Assembly: GCA_963664115.2 (NCBI GenBank)
Contig: CAXWPJ010000009.1
Location: 1,216,001-1,280,000, forward strand
From: Terriglobia bacterium
GTDB taxonomy: Bacteria > Acidobacteriota > Terriglobia > 20CM-2-55-15
DNA: 64,000 nt
Reading direction: 5' to 3'
Shown here: piece after piece, positions 29,317 to 38,986 of the stretch
Layout: each line of letters starts with the position of its first letter
Position numbering within the stretch: the first letter of the stretch is position 1
Position numbers and translations under genes: made by a program
Notes under the pieces: model-generated
What the model was told of the DNA's origin: nothing
Databases searched by the model: none
What the model saw: the letters and a program-made list of their open reading frames with translations, nothing else

Positions 29317-31995
29317 GTGCTCATTATGCATTTCGCAGAAAGACTTTTCTTCTGGAACACCTTCCTTCATCTCAGCCAGTTTCTGTTGAACACCGCTTTC
29401 GGGTATTACGATCATGTTTACGGGATTGCGGTGGGCTGGGTGCTCACGTCCGTCCTTTTGGCGTTCTTCTACTTCCTGGAAGATAGAATCAGTCACTACG
29501 TCTCCTCTTTTGCGTTTATCTCTTATTCGATCGTTCTCGTATACAACCTTGTCAGCGATCTCCACTGGCATGTTTTTGGAACCCCCTTTTCATACGCCCG
29601 CCTAGTTGAAGGCGCCCCCTTTGTGTATGAATATCTGACGGTCTCTTCCGTTCTGACGGGTGTAGCCGACGGGTATTCTTACCTCGTGTTCGCGTTGAGT
29701 TTTCTGGCATTGCTGGGTCCATTCATCCGCCTTCCTCGGAAGTTTCCTCTCAGGTTTCATCGACTGTACTGGAGATACGCGGGGATAGTTGGAGTTGGCT
29801 GTGCCAGCGTGCTGTTTGTCTTGAGTCCTACGGGGAGACGCGACTCGCTCTGGGGTTTCATGAATCAGGCGTTTTTGGTGACGAACGCCGACTTTCAGCA
29901 GAGAGCGGTCCATCAGCCTCTGCGTCTCTTCCTTCCGGAGAATAACTTCGAACCGGCCCCGCTGTTAGAACTCCCCCCCGACAGGCCGCGACCGAACATC
30001 CTCGTCATTAATTTGGAATCCGTTGGCGCTTCCTACATTTCTTCTTACGACATGCGGCCGGACGTTCGGATGGAACATTTCGATCAGCTTGCAAGCACCG
30101 GCATCCTCGGAATGCGGCATTACAGCGTATTGGGAGGCTCGTCGCACGGAAATGACTGGGCGCTGTTGACCGGACTGTATGCACCCAGCTTCGGCCCCAC
30201 GCCCTTTAGCGGCGACCGGTCGATTCTGCAGAAAAACCTACTCTCTTACGGGAAACAGGCCGGTTATAGAACAGGCAGCTTCGTCACTGACTTCACGGCA
30301 TATCGGGAGTACTACAAGTTATTCAAGCATCCGGACTGCGACGTTTTTTATGACGCTAAATCTTCAGAATTGAGCCTCTTTCCCGGAGAGTTGACCGTTG
30401 AAGAAAAAATGGCGCGGCTCCTGTTTCGTGAAATTGACTCACCGCTTGACGAGCCCTTTATGTATTTCTATAAGACCAATAACGGACATTGGCCATATCT
30501 CTCCCGACAGGGAGACGAGAGTATGTCTCCCCTTGATCGCTATAAACTCGCTCTTGGGGAGAACGACATGGTTTTGGGCGAGATCGTCGCGGGCCTGAAA
30601 GAAAGGGGACTATTCGAGAACACCATCATCCTGGTCACCGGCGATCACGGTGAATCGTTTCAGGAACACGAAAACTTGAGCATGCATTCGGGGGGCGTGT
30701 ATGAGGAATTGGTCCATGTTCCTTTTGTGATTTCATATCCGGAGTACATTGCGGAGCCGATCGTAATTGGCCAAATCACATCTCATCTCGACATCCTGCC
30801 CACGCTTCTCGATCTGGCCGGCCTCGGAACGGAGGAGTTCGATGAACTGGAAGGCTACAGTTTGATCCGGACACTGCCTCCGAACCGGATGATCTTTACC
30901 GTAAACGGCGATGACGGAACGGTGAACGGCGTAATCCAGAACGAGTATAAATTTATCCGAAAGTACTCTACCGATACCGAAATGTTGTATGACCTGTCAA
31001 AGGACCCGTTGGAGGAAATCAACATTGTTCAATTCCAGCCTGCGATTGCGGACTCTCTTCGGGAGTATGAAAAAACCTGGGTGGCGCACCGGCAGCAGCC
31101 GTGGGGCAGATCCCGCTACATGAATCCGGAATCGCTTGTCGAGAGTGATGTAGCGATTGTGGGTAACGTTGACGTTGATGTGTTTCTCAACGGGGACAGG
31201 CTTGCAACCCTATCGGACGCGAAAAACTTGAGTCTTCCGGTTCAATTCAAGGAAGGCCATAACTTTGTAGCCATTACAGGTTTCGTGAGGTCCCGGGGGA
31301 CGAATACCAGCTTACGCGTGCTGGTACGATCGATGGGTACGCAAATCGACACGGGTCCCGGGTGGCAAATTTCAAGCTCGCCTGAATATGTTCTCAGCCG
31401 CGCATGGCTCGACCAGACGACCGAACCCGACGAATGGGCCAGCCCCGTGGTGATACATAAAAGAGTACCCGACTACATCGAGTTTAGAGACGAAAACTGG
31501 ATTGAACTGGATCGACGAAAACCGTTTGTTCTGCGCCTGGATTTCGAGGTGGCCGATGGAAGACTCGTAGCAAATGAGTTGCCCCGTTGGTTGAACATCA
31601 ACGCGAATAGCCGCTTTCAACTCTTCATAGACGGTATGCCTGCGGGTTCCGGAGCAGACGACACTTACAGGTTCGCTTTTCCCCGACTCGACGGCGAAAG
31701 GCCTGAAATTCTCGTAGCCGCCTATGATGATGGAGGAAGGTTTGGCTTGTTGACGGCTGGCCGTCTTGGGGGATACGACCTCAAGAGCACTCCCGAGAAT
31801 TGGGAATCGCTGGGAAACATGACGTATGAGGAATGGACAGGCTTGTCGGACGACCAGAAGCGTTCCAGCAGATGGACACGGCCTCAGATCAACGAGAGTT
31901 ACCAGGTAGACGGGGACTGGGGGCAGGATGCGAAGAGGCTGTGGGCGCCGAACCAGGAAAGTGGAAGTGTCCTGTTTCGCTACGTGTACGAATAG
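29317..31995 (+). CDS. Membrane-anchored sulfatase/LTA-synthase-like protein with C-terminal extension
   Basis: N-terminal TM helices; PNILVINLES, HWPY, TGDHGE, HVPF, DILPTLLDL, LYDLSKDPLE. Confidence 0.8.
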   Translation: MLIMHFAERLFFWNTFLHLSQFLLNTAFGYYDHVYGIAVGWVLTSVLLAFFYFLEDRISHYVSSFAFISYSIVLVYNLVSDLHWHVFGTPFSYARLVEGAPFVYEYLTVSSVLTGVADGYSYLVFALSFLALLGPFIRLPRKFPLRFHRLYWRYAGIVGVGCASVLFVLSPTGRRDSLWGFMNQAFLVTNADFQQRAVHQPLRLFLPENNFEPAPLLELPPDRPRPNILVINLESVGASYISSYDMRPDVRMEHFDQLASTGILGMRHYSVLGGSSHGNDWALLTGLYAPSFGPTPFSGDRSILQKNLLSYGKQAGYRTGSFVTDFTAYREYYKLFKHPDCDVFYDAKSSELSLFPGELTVEEKMARLLFREIDSPLDEPFMYFYKTNNGHWPYLSRQGDESMSPLDRYKLALGENDMVLGEIVAGLKERGLFENTIILVTGDHGESFQEHENLSMHSGGVYEELVHVPFVISYPEYIAEPIVIGQITSHLDILPTLLDLAGLGTEEFDELEGYSLIRTLPPNRMIFTVNGDDGTVNGVIQNEYKFIRKYSTDTEMLYDLSKDPLEEINIVQFQPAIADSLREYEKTWVAHRQQPWGRSRYMNPESLVESDVAIVGNVDVDVFLNGDRLATLSDAKNLSLPVQFKEGHNFVAITGFVRSRGTNTSLRVLVRSMGTQIDTGPGWQISSSPEYVLSRAWLDQTTEPDEWASPVVIHKRVPDYIEFRDENWIELDRRKPFVLRLDFEVADGRLVANELPRWLNINANSRFQLFIDGMPAGSGADDTYRFAFPRLDGERPEILVAAYDDGGRFGLLTAGRLGGYDLKSTPENWESLGNMTYEEWTGLSDDQKRSSRWTRPQINESYQVDGDWGQDAKRLWAPNQESGSVLFRYVYE

Positions 31996-32076
31996 CCCCC
32001 TGTCGCCTGGCGGGTGAGAGTGGCGGAATTGAACCGCTCGTTGTCGCACCGGAGAAAATCGAGAGTCCAGATAGCT

Positions 32077-32874
32077 TCAACCTTCATTCCGTGCCTTTTC
32101 CATCCACCGGCGCTCCTCGAGTGCCGCCATCACGAAACACGTAACGGCGGCCAATTCCAAACCTTCGTCCCAGAAGTCGACGTAGGGGTTTGCTCGGGTT
32201 GTTGCGGGAAACAGGCCCACGTCAAAAAACTGAGAGCAGAGGAAGAGCCCGACACCGACCGCGGCAAGCCACCCTGAACTTCTCGCGAACAACTGCTGTA
32301 GCTGTCCGGACTGCATCAACGGTCGGATCAGAAACAGGAACAGGACCAGAACGACGCCTGCCAGCATCAGGCCGACACCGAGACTCAGCCATGGTTGGTC
32401 CGCGAGAAAGTCTTCCAGCGTGTTGTGGACGTTCATCATGTTGAGGCTGAACCTTCCCTGGCGTACCGAAGGGATCTGCCGGGTCAGGCGGCCCCAATCC
32501 GATTCCTCGCCGGCGCCCAGGATGGCAAAAACGCCGACCACCCGCCAGCAGACGGGGAATGCGGGGCGAAGGTCGCGGTGCCCAGCCTGGAACGCAAACA
32601 CCGCCAGCAGGATGTAGCCGACAAACTGGGCCGTTTCGACCGGACCGTTTTCCTGCAGCGCGACGCGGACGAATGTTGAACGCGGTTCGACCAGCATCAG
32701 CAGTTCGATGATGCCGACGAAGAGTATTACCAGACCGAGAGATAGCCGAGTCGAAGCACTCATCGCAGATCTTGCAGCGCTTGGGTTGGCTACAAACACG
32801 CGGCCAAAGAACGTTTCACTCTTCACTTTCGGATCCCCCCGCTTCAGAATACTCGACGGTCGCATCCAATCCAA
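32077..32874 (-). CDS. Hypothetical integral membrane protein
   Basis: QENGPVE, GEESDWG, NVHN, DEGLEL motifs between TM helices; start uncertain. Confidence 0.65.
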   Translation of the reverse strand: MDWMRPSSILKRGDPKVKSETFFGRVFVANPSAARSAMSASTRLSLGLVILFVGIIELLMLVEPRSTFVRVALQENGPVETAQFVGYILLAVFAFQAGHRDLRPAFPVCWRVVGVFAILGAGEESDWGRLTRQIPSVRQGRFSLNMMNVHNTLEDFLADQPWLSLGVGLMLAGVVLVLFLFLIRPLMQSGQLQQLFARSSGWLAAVGVGLFLCSQFFDVGLFPATTRANPYVDFWDEGLELAAVTCFVMAALEERRWMEKARNEG

Positions 32875-33044
32875 GCGTCAGAACGTTTAAATCGCTGTCA
32901 TTAAAATACTTAGGGAATCAGGCTAGGCATGTTGCTGATTTACTCCATGTGGGCCCGGCCATATAATTTCCCCCGTTCTAGAAACTATTACGCCGCGCAG
33001 ATGGCAAGTGTCAGGCAACGCATCGAGAGGAAAGGATCCTCGCT

Positions 33045-33593
33045 ATGGTTGACGGATTGATTCGGAACAAAGCAGCCGGTGGAAACGGTTTTTCGCTGAT
33101 CGAGGTTCTGGTCGTAGTTGGAATCATTCTCGTCCTGATTGGTGTGGCCTTGCCGAACCTGACCAGCATGAATGCCGCGATGTTGCTGGACGGGACCGCT
33201 CGCGGTATGGGTTCGCTGGTGCAAAGAGCCCATTACGACGCGATCAGCGACACGACCGGCTACCGTGTGGTGATCTACGGCGCGAACTCAAGTTCGAACG
33301 CAAACTCTTACAAGCTGCAGCGAATGGTTCCGGCCGCCCCTTTCAGCCTGACGGCAGGGTCCAACTGGACTGACGTCGGGGATCCTATTCCAATTCCGAG
33401 AGGGATTGACATGGTGACGAACGCCCCGGAAGTGAGTACGGGTGTTGTGGCGGTGATTCTTGACAGTGCCGGAGACGTCATCGATGAAAACGGTGCCTAC
33501 ATTACTTCGGAGATCACCATCACGCTTACCAATGATCTTGGAGACAGCAATATTGTCTATATCGCATCCACAAGTCACGTCCGGATCGTGTAA
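33045..33593 (+). CDS. Type IV minor pilin, FimT/GspH-like
   Basis: Prepilin site G|FSLIEVLVV plus hydrophobic helix. Confidence 0.85.
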   Translation: MVDGLIRNKAAGGNGFSLIEVLVVVGIILVLIGVALPNLTSMNAAMLLDGTARGMGSLVQRAHYDAISDTTGYRVVIYGANSSSNANSYKLQRMVPAAPFSLTAGSNWTDVGDPIPIPRGIDMVTNAPEVSTGVVAVILDSAGDVIDENGAYITSEITITLTNDLGDSNIVYIASTSHVRIV

Positions 33594-33993
33594 ATCAAGA
33601 TCCGGCGAGGCCGGAATGACTTTAGTCGAAGTGATGGTATCGGCCCTCATTTTGATCGTTGGGGTTATGGCGGCTGCCGGAGCTCTGACGGCCAGCATCA
33701 TTGGTACGAGGACCAGCCAGGACATCACACGAATCACGGCAGGTATGCGCCAGAAAATGGAAGAACTGAGATCGACGGACTATGCCTCACTCGCTACAGG
33801 CAGCGACTACCTGGATGTCAATGGCGCTTCCCAATCCAGTTCCACCGGAGCCGCTTACACTCGCACTTGGACCGTGACTGCAGATTCACCAACAGCCGGG
33901 CTTTCTAAAATCGACATTACAGTTACCGCCGCGCAGGTTTTCGTCCAAACAATACCGATTCAATTTTCAGTCAGCTCCTACAGGGCGCCGTAG
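33553..33993 (+). CDS. Type IV minor pilin, PilV-like
   Basis: G|MTLVEVMVS, KMEELR, YTRTWTV; probable TTG start at 33553 after GGAGA. Confidence 0.8.
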   Translation: MSISHPQVTSGSCKSRSGEAGMTLVEVMVSALILIVGVMAAAGALTASIIGTRTSQDITRITAGMRQKMEELRSTDYASLATGSDYLDVNGASQSSSTGAAYTRTWTVTADSPTAGLSKIDITVTAAQVFVQTIPIQFSVSSYRAP

Positions 33994-34028
33994 CCTTCCA
34001 GGGAGTTAGCATAATGAGGCTGTGACCT

Positions 34029-34940
34029 ATGAACACGAGCAGGAATCACGGATACTCACTCATCGAGATCATGGTTGCGCTCGCGGTATTGCTAGTCATT
34101 CTGGGAGCAGTCTTTCTGCTGGTGACTCAGAATCAGCAAACCTACCAGATTCAGCAAGCGCGGCTTGAAGCCGGGCAGAACGCCCGTCTTGCGTCAGAAA
34201 GAATCGGGCGCGAACTTCTTTCCGCTGGATACAACACGCCCAGCGGTGTCACACCCATCAACGGTGCGACTGCGAACAGTATTACTTTTTCAGGGGATGT
34301 GAACGACGACGGTACGGCTGAAAGGGTAACTTTCGCGTTGTCTGGAACGACGATCACGCGGACCAGTCAGCCTCTGGATGCAGACGGAAATCTGACCGGA
34401 ACCGCAACGACACAAACTCTTGCCTCCAATATATCCGCATTGGACTTCACCTATTTTCTCAATAGCGGTGAAGCCGGCACGTTTGTGGGGATGCCGGGAT
34501 CTCCGATCGCCTCCCTGAAGCCGAGGTTTGAAATCTTCGCATTTCTTCGCATTCTGGCCAGTCGAATGGGATTCGTCACTTACGCAGCACAGAATACAAA
34601 CTCAAACTCAAACTCAAACTCAAATTCGAACTCTAACGAAAGCAGTGCTGGCTCAGGCGGTCAAAATTCGGTGGCAACGGCCGATCTTGGACTGATTTCC
34701 CGGGTCAACTTGGGCGTGACCTCGGTTTCTACCACTGACGATCCGGTCTCAGGTGACCCGATAAGCGTGACGATAAATACCGATGTCACTCTGCGTGGTG
34801 AATCGATAACAGGCTTCATCACGTCGGGCGGTAGCGCCAACGCGAATTCAAACGCCAATTCAAACAGCAACACCAATAGCAACGCCAACGCGAACACGAA
34901 TACGAATACGAACAGTAATTCCAACAGTAACGGGAGCTGA
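34029..34940 (+). CDS. Type IV minor pilin, PilW-like, with Asn/Ser low-complexity tracts
   Basis: G|YSLIEIMVA, RELLSAGY; (NS)n and (NA/NT)n repeats. Confidence 0.85.
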   Translation: MNTSRNHGYSLIEIMVALAVLLVILGAVFLLVTQNQQTYQIQQARLEAGQNARLASERIGRELLSAGYNTPSGVTPINGATANSITFSGDVNDDGTAERVTFALSGTTITRTSQPLDADGNLTGTATTQTLASNISALDFTYFLNSGEAGTFVGMPGSPIASLKPRFEIFAFLRILASRMGFVTYAAQNTNSNSNSNSNSNSNESSAGSGGQNSVATADLGLISRVNLGVTSVSTTDDPVSGDPISVTINTDVTLRGESITGFITSGGSANANSNANSNSNTNSNANANTNTNTNSNSNSNGS

Positions 34941-34947
34941 GGCGGCG

Positions 34948-36201
34948 GTGAGAAGAATCTGTTCAGTAGTGGCGCGTGCGTTTGCGAAGAGATCCGGCCG
35001 TAGACATCAGGCTGGAGTTGCTCTGATTACCACGCTGATCCTGCTCTCGCTGATGAGTGCACTGACACTCGCCCTTCTCACCAATCTATCGGAAGATCTG
35101 CGATCCAGCGCTGCTCTGGAGAGCGGCCTGGTCCTGTTTTACGGGGTGGATGCCGGGATTGAAGAGATGCGGGTGCGTTGGTTGTACGGTGCCAGTTCTC
35201 GGGTGACACCACCGGCGGCGCCGACACCGGATTGGGCGGGTTATATCCGCCAGTCGTCCTCTGTCGACATCCTGACCCTTGATCCCGCATACGACGACTA
35301 CGCCTCAACGACGGTTGTTGATGGACTCGGTACGCCTCCCTACACTTTGGTTAAAATCTTCTACAACACCGAGGCCAACAAGAATCGTGACGTGAACGGC
35401 GACGCCTCCCTCGACAGCACGACCGTCATGTACCTGGGCGACGATGGGGCCGGAGGGCTTGCCCGGAATCTTACGGCAACAGGAGCTCCGGTTCTCACGA
35501 TTCAGGCGTACGTGGAGGACGACGATCGAAGAGAAATGGTCGAGGCGGAGATCATTTCGATTTTCGTAACGATCCCGACTGTCGACGCCGTCGTCAGAGC
35601 GAACGACGACGCCACCTTCAACGGCAATCTGTCTGTCAATAAGCTGGATTCTCAGGGAACGCTTCCGGGCGTCCAGGCCGGAGGTACCGCAGAGACGCCC
35701 GGGGCGAGCCAATTCTTTATTCCCTCCGGTGCTGACGACGTCGTTTCTGGAGTCACACCGGACTACGATACGGCCAGCTACGTAGCGGCCGCGGCAGAGG
35801 TCTTCACGTTGATCACCGAATACGCGACGCCAACCGTGACCCAGGCCGACCTTTACCGCTGGACCGGCTTCGCAGTGGGTTCTGACGCTAGCCCCGCCTT
35901 GATGTACAGCGACCGCTCCATCGACATCAACGGAAACAACGGAAGCACTTACGGAATCATGGTCGTTGATGGTGATGTGAGTTTGTCGAATCTTGCGTTC
36001 TACGGCCTCATAATCGCTTCCGGCGACATCACTATGGGAGGCGGAGGATCAAGCGGTGGAAACATTTACGGAGCAGCGATAGCGGGTGGAAGCTACACAG
36101 GTGGAGGCAGCTTCAGCCTGCAACTGGACAGGGATCGCATCGACAACTATCTGAACGCGATCCGGACCAAAGTGATCACTTTCAGGGAAATACGGAAATG
36201 A
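34948..36201 (+). CDS. PilX-like pilus assembly protein
   Basis: G|VALITTLILL without Glu5, FYGVDAGIE, C-terminal GIMVVDGD..FYGLII..W/FRE-type end. Confidence 0.8.
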   Translation: MRRICSVVARAFAKRSGRRHQAGVALITTLILLSLMSALTLALLTNLSEDLRSSAALESGLVLFYGVDAGIEEMRVRWLYGASSRVTPPAAPTPDWAGYIRQSSSVDILTLDPAYDDYASTTVVDGLGTPPYTLVKIFYNTEANKNRDVNGDASLDSTTVMYLGDDGAGGLARNLTATGAPVLTIQAYVEDDDRREMVEAEIISIFVTIPTVDAVVRANDDATFNGNLSVNKLDSQGTLPGVQAGGTAETPGASQFFIPSGADDVVSGVTPDYDTASYVAAAAEVFTLITEYATPTVTQADLYRWTGFAVGSDASPALMYSDRSIDINGNNGSTYGIMVVDGDVSLSNLAFYGLIIASGDITMGGGGSSGGNIYGAAIAGGSYTGGGSFSLQLDRDRIDNYLNAIRTKVITFREIRK

Positions 36202-36371
36202 CACTCTGCGATCGGAGAAAATGTTCTCTGTTTGGTGTTCAGAAACATGAGTAACGAGTCCAACAAGCTGTCGGGTATCTCAGTTGTCCTGCCCTGTCAC
36301 AACGAACGCGACAATCTTGCTGACGTCGTGTCGAAATCGATAGCGTCAGCGGCGTCCTGTGCTCACACTAG

Positions 36372-38220
36372 CCCCAAAACAAGCGCATAACCAGTCCGCC
36401 GAGGCCCAGTTCGCGCCGATAGAATTCGAGGCATAGAATCCCGTTCCCGGATGGCCTGTTCCAGGTATCGAGTTTCTGTTGAATCTGTTTCAGTTCAGCC
36501 TCGCTGGTGTTGGACGGTTGACAGAAACCGGGACCTCGATCGCCCGGGCTCAGAGTCATGATCGGGTCAACATCGCAGAGGCTGACGCAACACATCCACC
36601 CCGCGGAACAAGACCGGCAACCACCGGTTCCAGGCCAGGATCCGGAACAGAATGCGCCGCCCGGTGCGCACGAGTTGGCACGGCACAAGCATGAAAGCGT
36701 TCAAGAAGGTTTTGAACTCCATGCGCAGCACGGTTTGCTTCTCAGCCTGATATTTTTGGCCCCAACGTCCGGTTTCGGGAAGCAGCAATGCAAACCACGC
36801 TTTCAGTGTCCAGGCCAGTGACGCGATCACCATGTAGGCCCAGTTGCTGGTCTGATCTCCGACCGGCATCCGCAACGCCTGAACGCCGTTCTTCAACTGC
36901 TCAATGAGATTCTCCTGATTGCACCGTTGATTGGCACGCATCACAATCTGGTCGGCCGGATCCGAACGGTTGGTAATGTAGAAGAAGTACCGGATGTCGT
37001 CAAACAACACCTGCTCTCCTTTGGCCACCGACAGATTCTTCCGCACCACGACGACACGGTAGTCCCGATCGCAGGCTCCGGGTCGATACCGAAACTCGGC
37101 CACATCCTCACCCTGCAAGCGGATATTGTCGAAACCGCGCTGCCGAACGATCTCTTCCTTCACGTTGTCGGGACGTTGGCGCGGTTCGGTCGCCACGTCG
37201 TATTTCGCGGGCCGTTCCAGGCGCTTCCACTGGCGCGGCTCCAGTTCATCGGCCCGGGCCTTCAGGTTCGCCATCGCGTCAATCCCGAATATGAAACCCA
37301 CCTGCTGGTCGTCCCATCCGTCCAGATGCCGGGTCTGGCTGAAGTCCGTGTCCCCGCGCAGCAGGATCTGGCGAAACCCCGCATGCCGGCACAATGCGAT
37401 GGCTTGGTCGAACCGGACCGCGGCTCCTTCATGCGACGGCCGGTTGCCGCTACGATTGACCAGATACAGCGGTTCGGCGGTGTTGGCCAGCGAGATCATC
37501 AGCGGGTGATATCCCCACGTCCCGTCGTAGGCCACGTCCATCCCTTGCTTGCATTCCCCCGTGGTTTCGGCCAGTGTCCCGTCCGCGTCCAACACCGCTT
37601 CTTCGAAAAACGCCGCCGGTTGCTGTCGCCAGACTCCGAGCCGGACTTGATTGGTTGCCTCCATCAGACACTCCACGTCGTCGGCCTCGAATCTCCGGCA
37701 GAAGTCTCCCGCCGTCGTCGGATCCGGAATCCGTTGCGCTCCCAGCGCATCCAGATACACCGCATCGTTGCGCCGCAGTTCGATGTCTTCCAGGCACGTT
37801 CCTCCGCTCAAGGCGTTGTAGGCGATGTTCAGCACGTGATCCGACTCGTGATACGGCAGGTGCCGCTTCAACACATGCACGCCCTTGTCGATGGCTTCGA
37901 TCAGCCCGGTCCGCCGCGCCACCAGTTGCATCGTCCCGATACCACCAACCGATGTGCCCCGCGTCCGCTCTCCCATCTCGTACTGAATGTTGCTCGCCGA
38001 AAACATCGGCTCTACCTGATCCGTCCAATGCCGGTCCCCAAGCCGACGTTCGATTCGCCGCTTGCGGTTCCTCATGTTCTTGCGCGTATAATCGTTCATC
38101 TGAAATGCCTCCTTTTCCGAAGAATCTGTTCAAGGTTTTTTTCGCACGGAGAGGGGGCATTTCGGGTACTTCCGCTCTTATTGCACTATCATTTCCTCGT
38201 CAATCACGCTTGTTCAGGGA
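36372..38220 (-). mobile_element. IS1380-family element, copy 1 (1849 bp)
   Basis: Imperfect IRs ccccaaaacaagcg / cgcttgttcaggga; CTAG at 36368 and 38221. Confidence 0.92.
36567..38099 (-). CDS. IS1380-family transposase
   Basis: LDADGT, GYHPL, LLRGDTDF, QENLIEQLK DDE motifs; 510 aa. Confidence 0.9.
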   Translation of the reverse strand: MNDYTRKNMRNRKRRIERRLGDRHWTDQVEPMFSASNIQYEMGERTRGTSVGGIGTMQLVARRTGLIEAIDKGVHVLKRHLPYHESDHVLNIAYNALSGGTCLEDIELRRNDAVYLDALGAQRIPDPTTAGDFCRRFEADDVECLMEATNQVRLGVWRQQPAAFFEEAVLDADGTLAETTGECKQGMDVAYDGTWGYHPLMISLANTAEPLYLVNRSGNRPSHEGAAVRFDQAIALCRHAGFRQILLRGDTDFSQTRHLDGWDDQQVGFIFGIDAMANLKARADELEPRQWKRLERPAKYDVATEPRQRPDNVKEEIVRQRGFDNIRLQGEDVAEFRYRPGACDRDYRVVVVRKNLSVAKGEQVLFDDIRYFFYITNRSDPADQIVMRANQRCNQENLIEQLKNGVQALRMPVGDQTSNWAYMVIASLAWTLKAWFALLLPETGRWGQKYQAEKQTVLRMEFKTFLNAFMLVPCQLVRTGRRILFRILAWNRWLPVLFRGVDVLRQPLRC

Positions 38221-38986
38221 CTAGCGAGGTTATCGTTGTTTGTGACGGAACCACGGATGGTTCCGATCAAGAGGCCGCGCGGCTCCAGACGATCTATCCG
38301 AACCTGAGGATCGTCACCCACGATCACAATCTTGGATACGGCGCCGCGGTCTGGAGCGGAATGAGCGCGGCCAATCTCGAATTCGTGTTCTTCACCGACG
38401 CCGATGGACAATTCGACCCGCAGGAGATGAACCTCCTTGTCGCAGCTCTGGGCACGAATTCCGGTGTTCTTGGCTACCGGGCGCAGAGGAACGACCCCCC
38501 GGGTCGGCGTCTTTTAGGGTGGGTTTATACACAGCTCAGTTGTCTTGCTTTCGGCGTTCGCGCACGTGACATGAATTGCGCATTCAAACTCTTACGCAGG
38601 TCCACCATTGCCGACCTTCCCATGCGATCGAGGGGGGCATTGTTCAACGGGGAACTCCTCGCCCGGCTTTGCCAGAGGGGCGCCAGATTTGGGGAAGTTG
38701 GAGTCCATCACTACCCTCGAGTGCACGGGCAGCAATCGGGCGCCCGGGCTGGGGTGGTGTTCGGCGCGTTCTGCGAGTTTGTAGCGCTCTGGTGGGCGCT
38801 TCGATGGTCGGAACCGAGCTGCGATTCCGTGTACGCACACGAACCGAAGCGCCCGTCTCGCACTCCAGTCTAAGCGAAGTTCTTGGATCTAGATTCGGCA
38901 GACTTATCCCGTACGATTCCAGAGCAGGATTCACCGCCCCGGATTCCAAAACTTGGCTTCGATCAACCTCTGAGCCACAATCCCTT

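Larger units (their letters stand above)
36247..38873 (+). pseudogene. GT2 (polyprenol-phosphate glycosyltransferase-like) gene split by IS1380 copy 1
   Basis: SVVLPCHNE...AHTS|EVIVVCDGTTDGS...FTDADGQFDP; in frame after removing the IS and one CTAG. Confidence 0.9.

Noticed and set aside
32010-32060. tRNA-like words (gtggcggaattgaacc)
   Set aside because: No cloverleaf can be built on either strand.
36927-38873. 648-aa plus-strand ORF (and 497/439-aa equivalents in the other IS copies)
   Set aside because: Antisense shadow of the IS1380 transposase that happens to read into the split GT2 gene.
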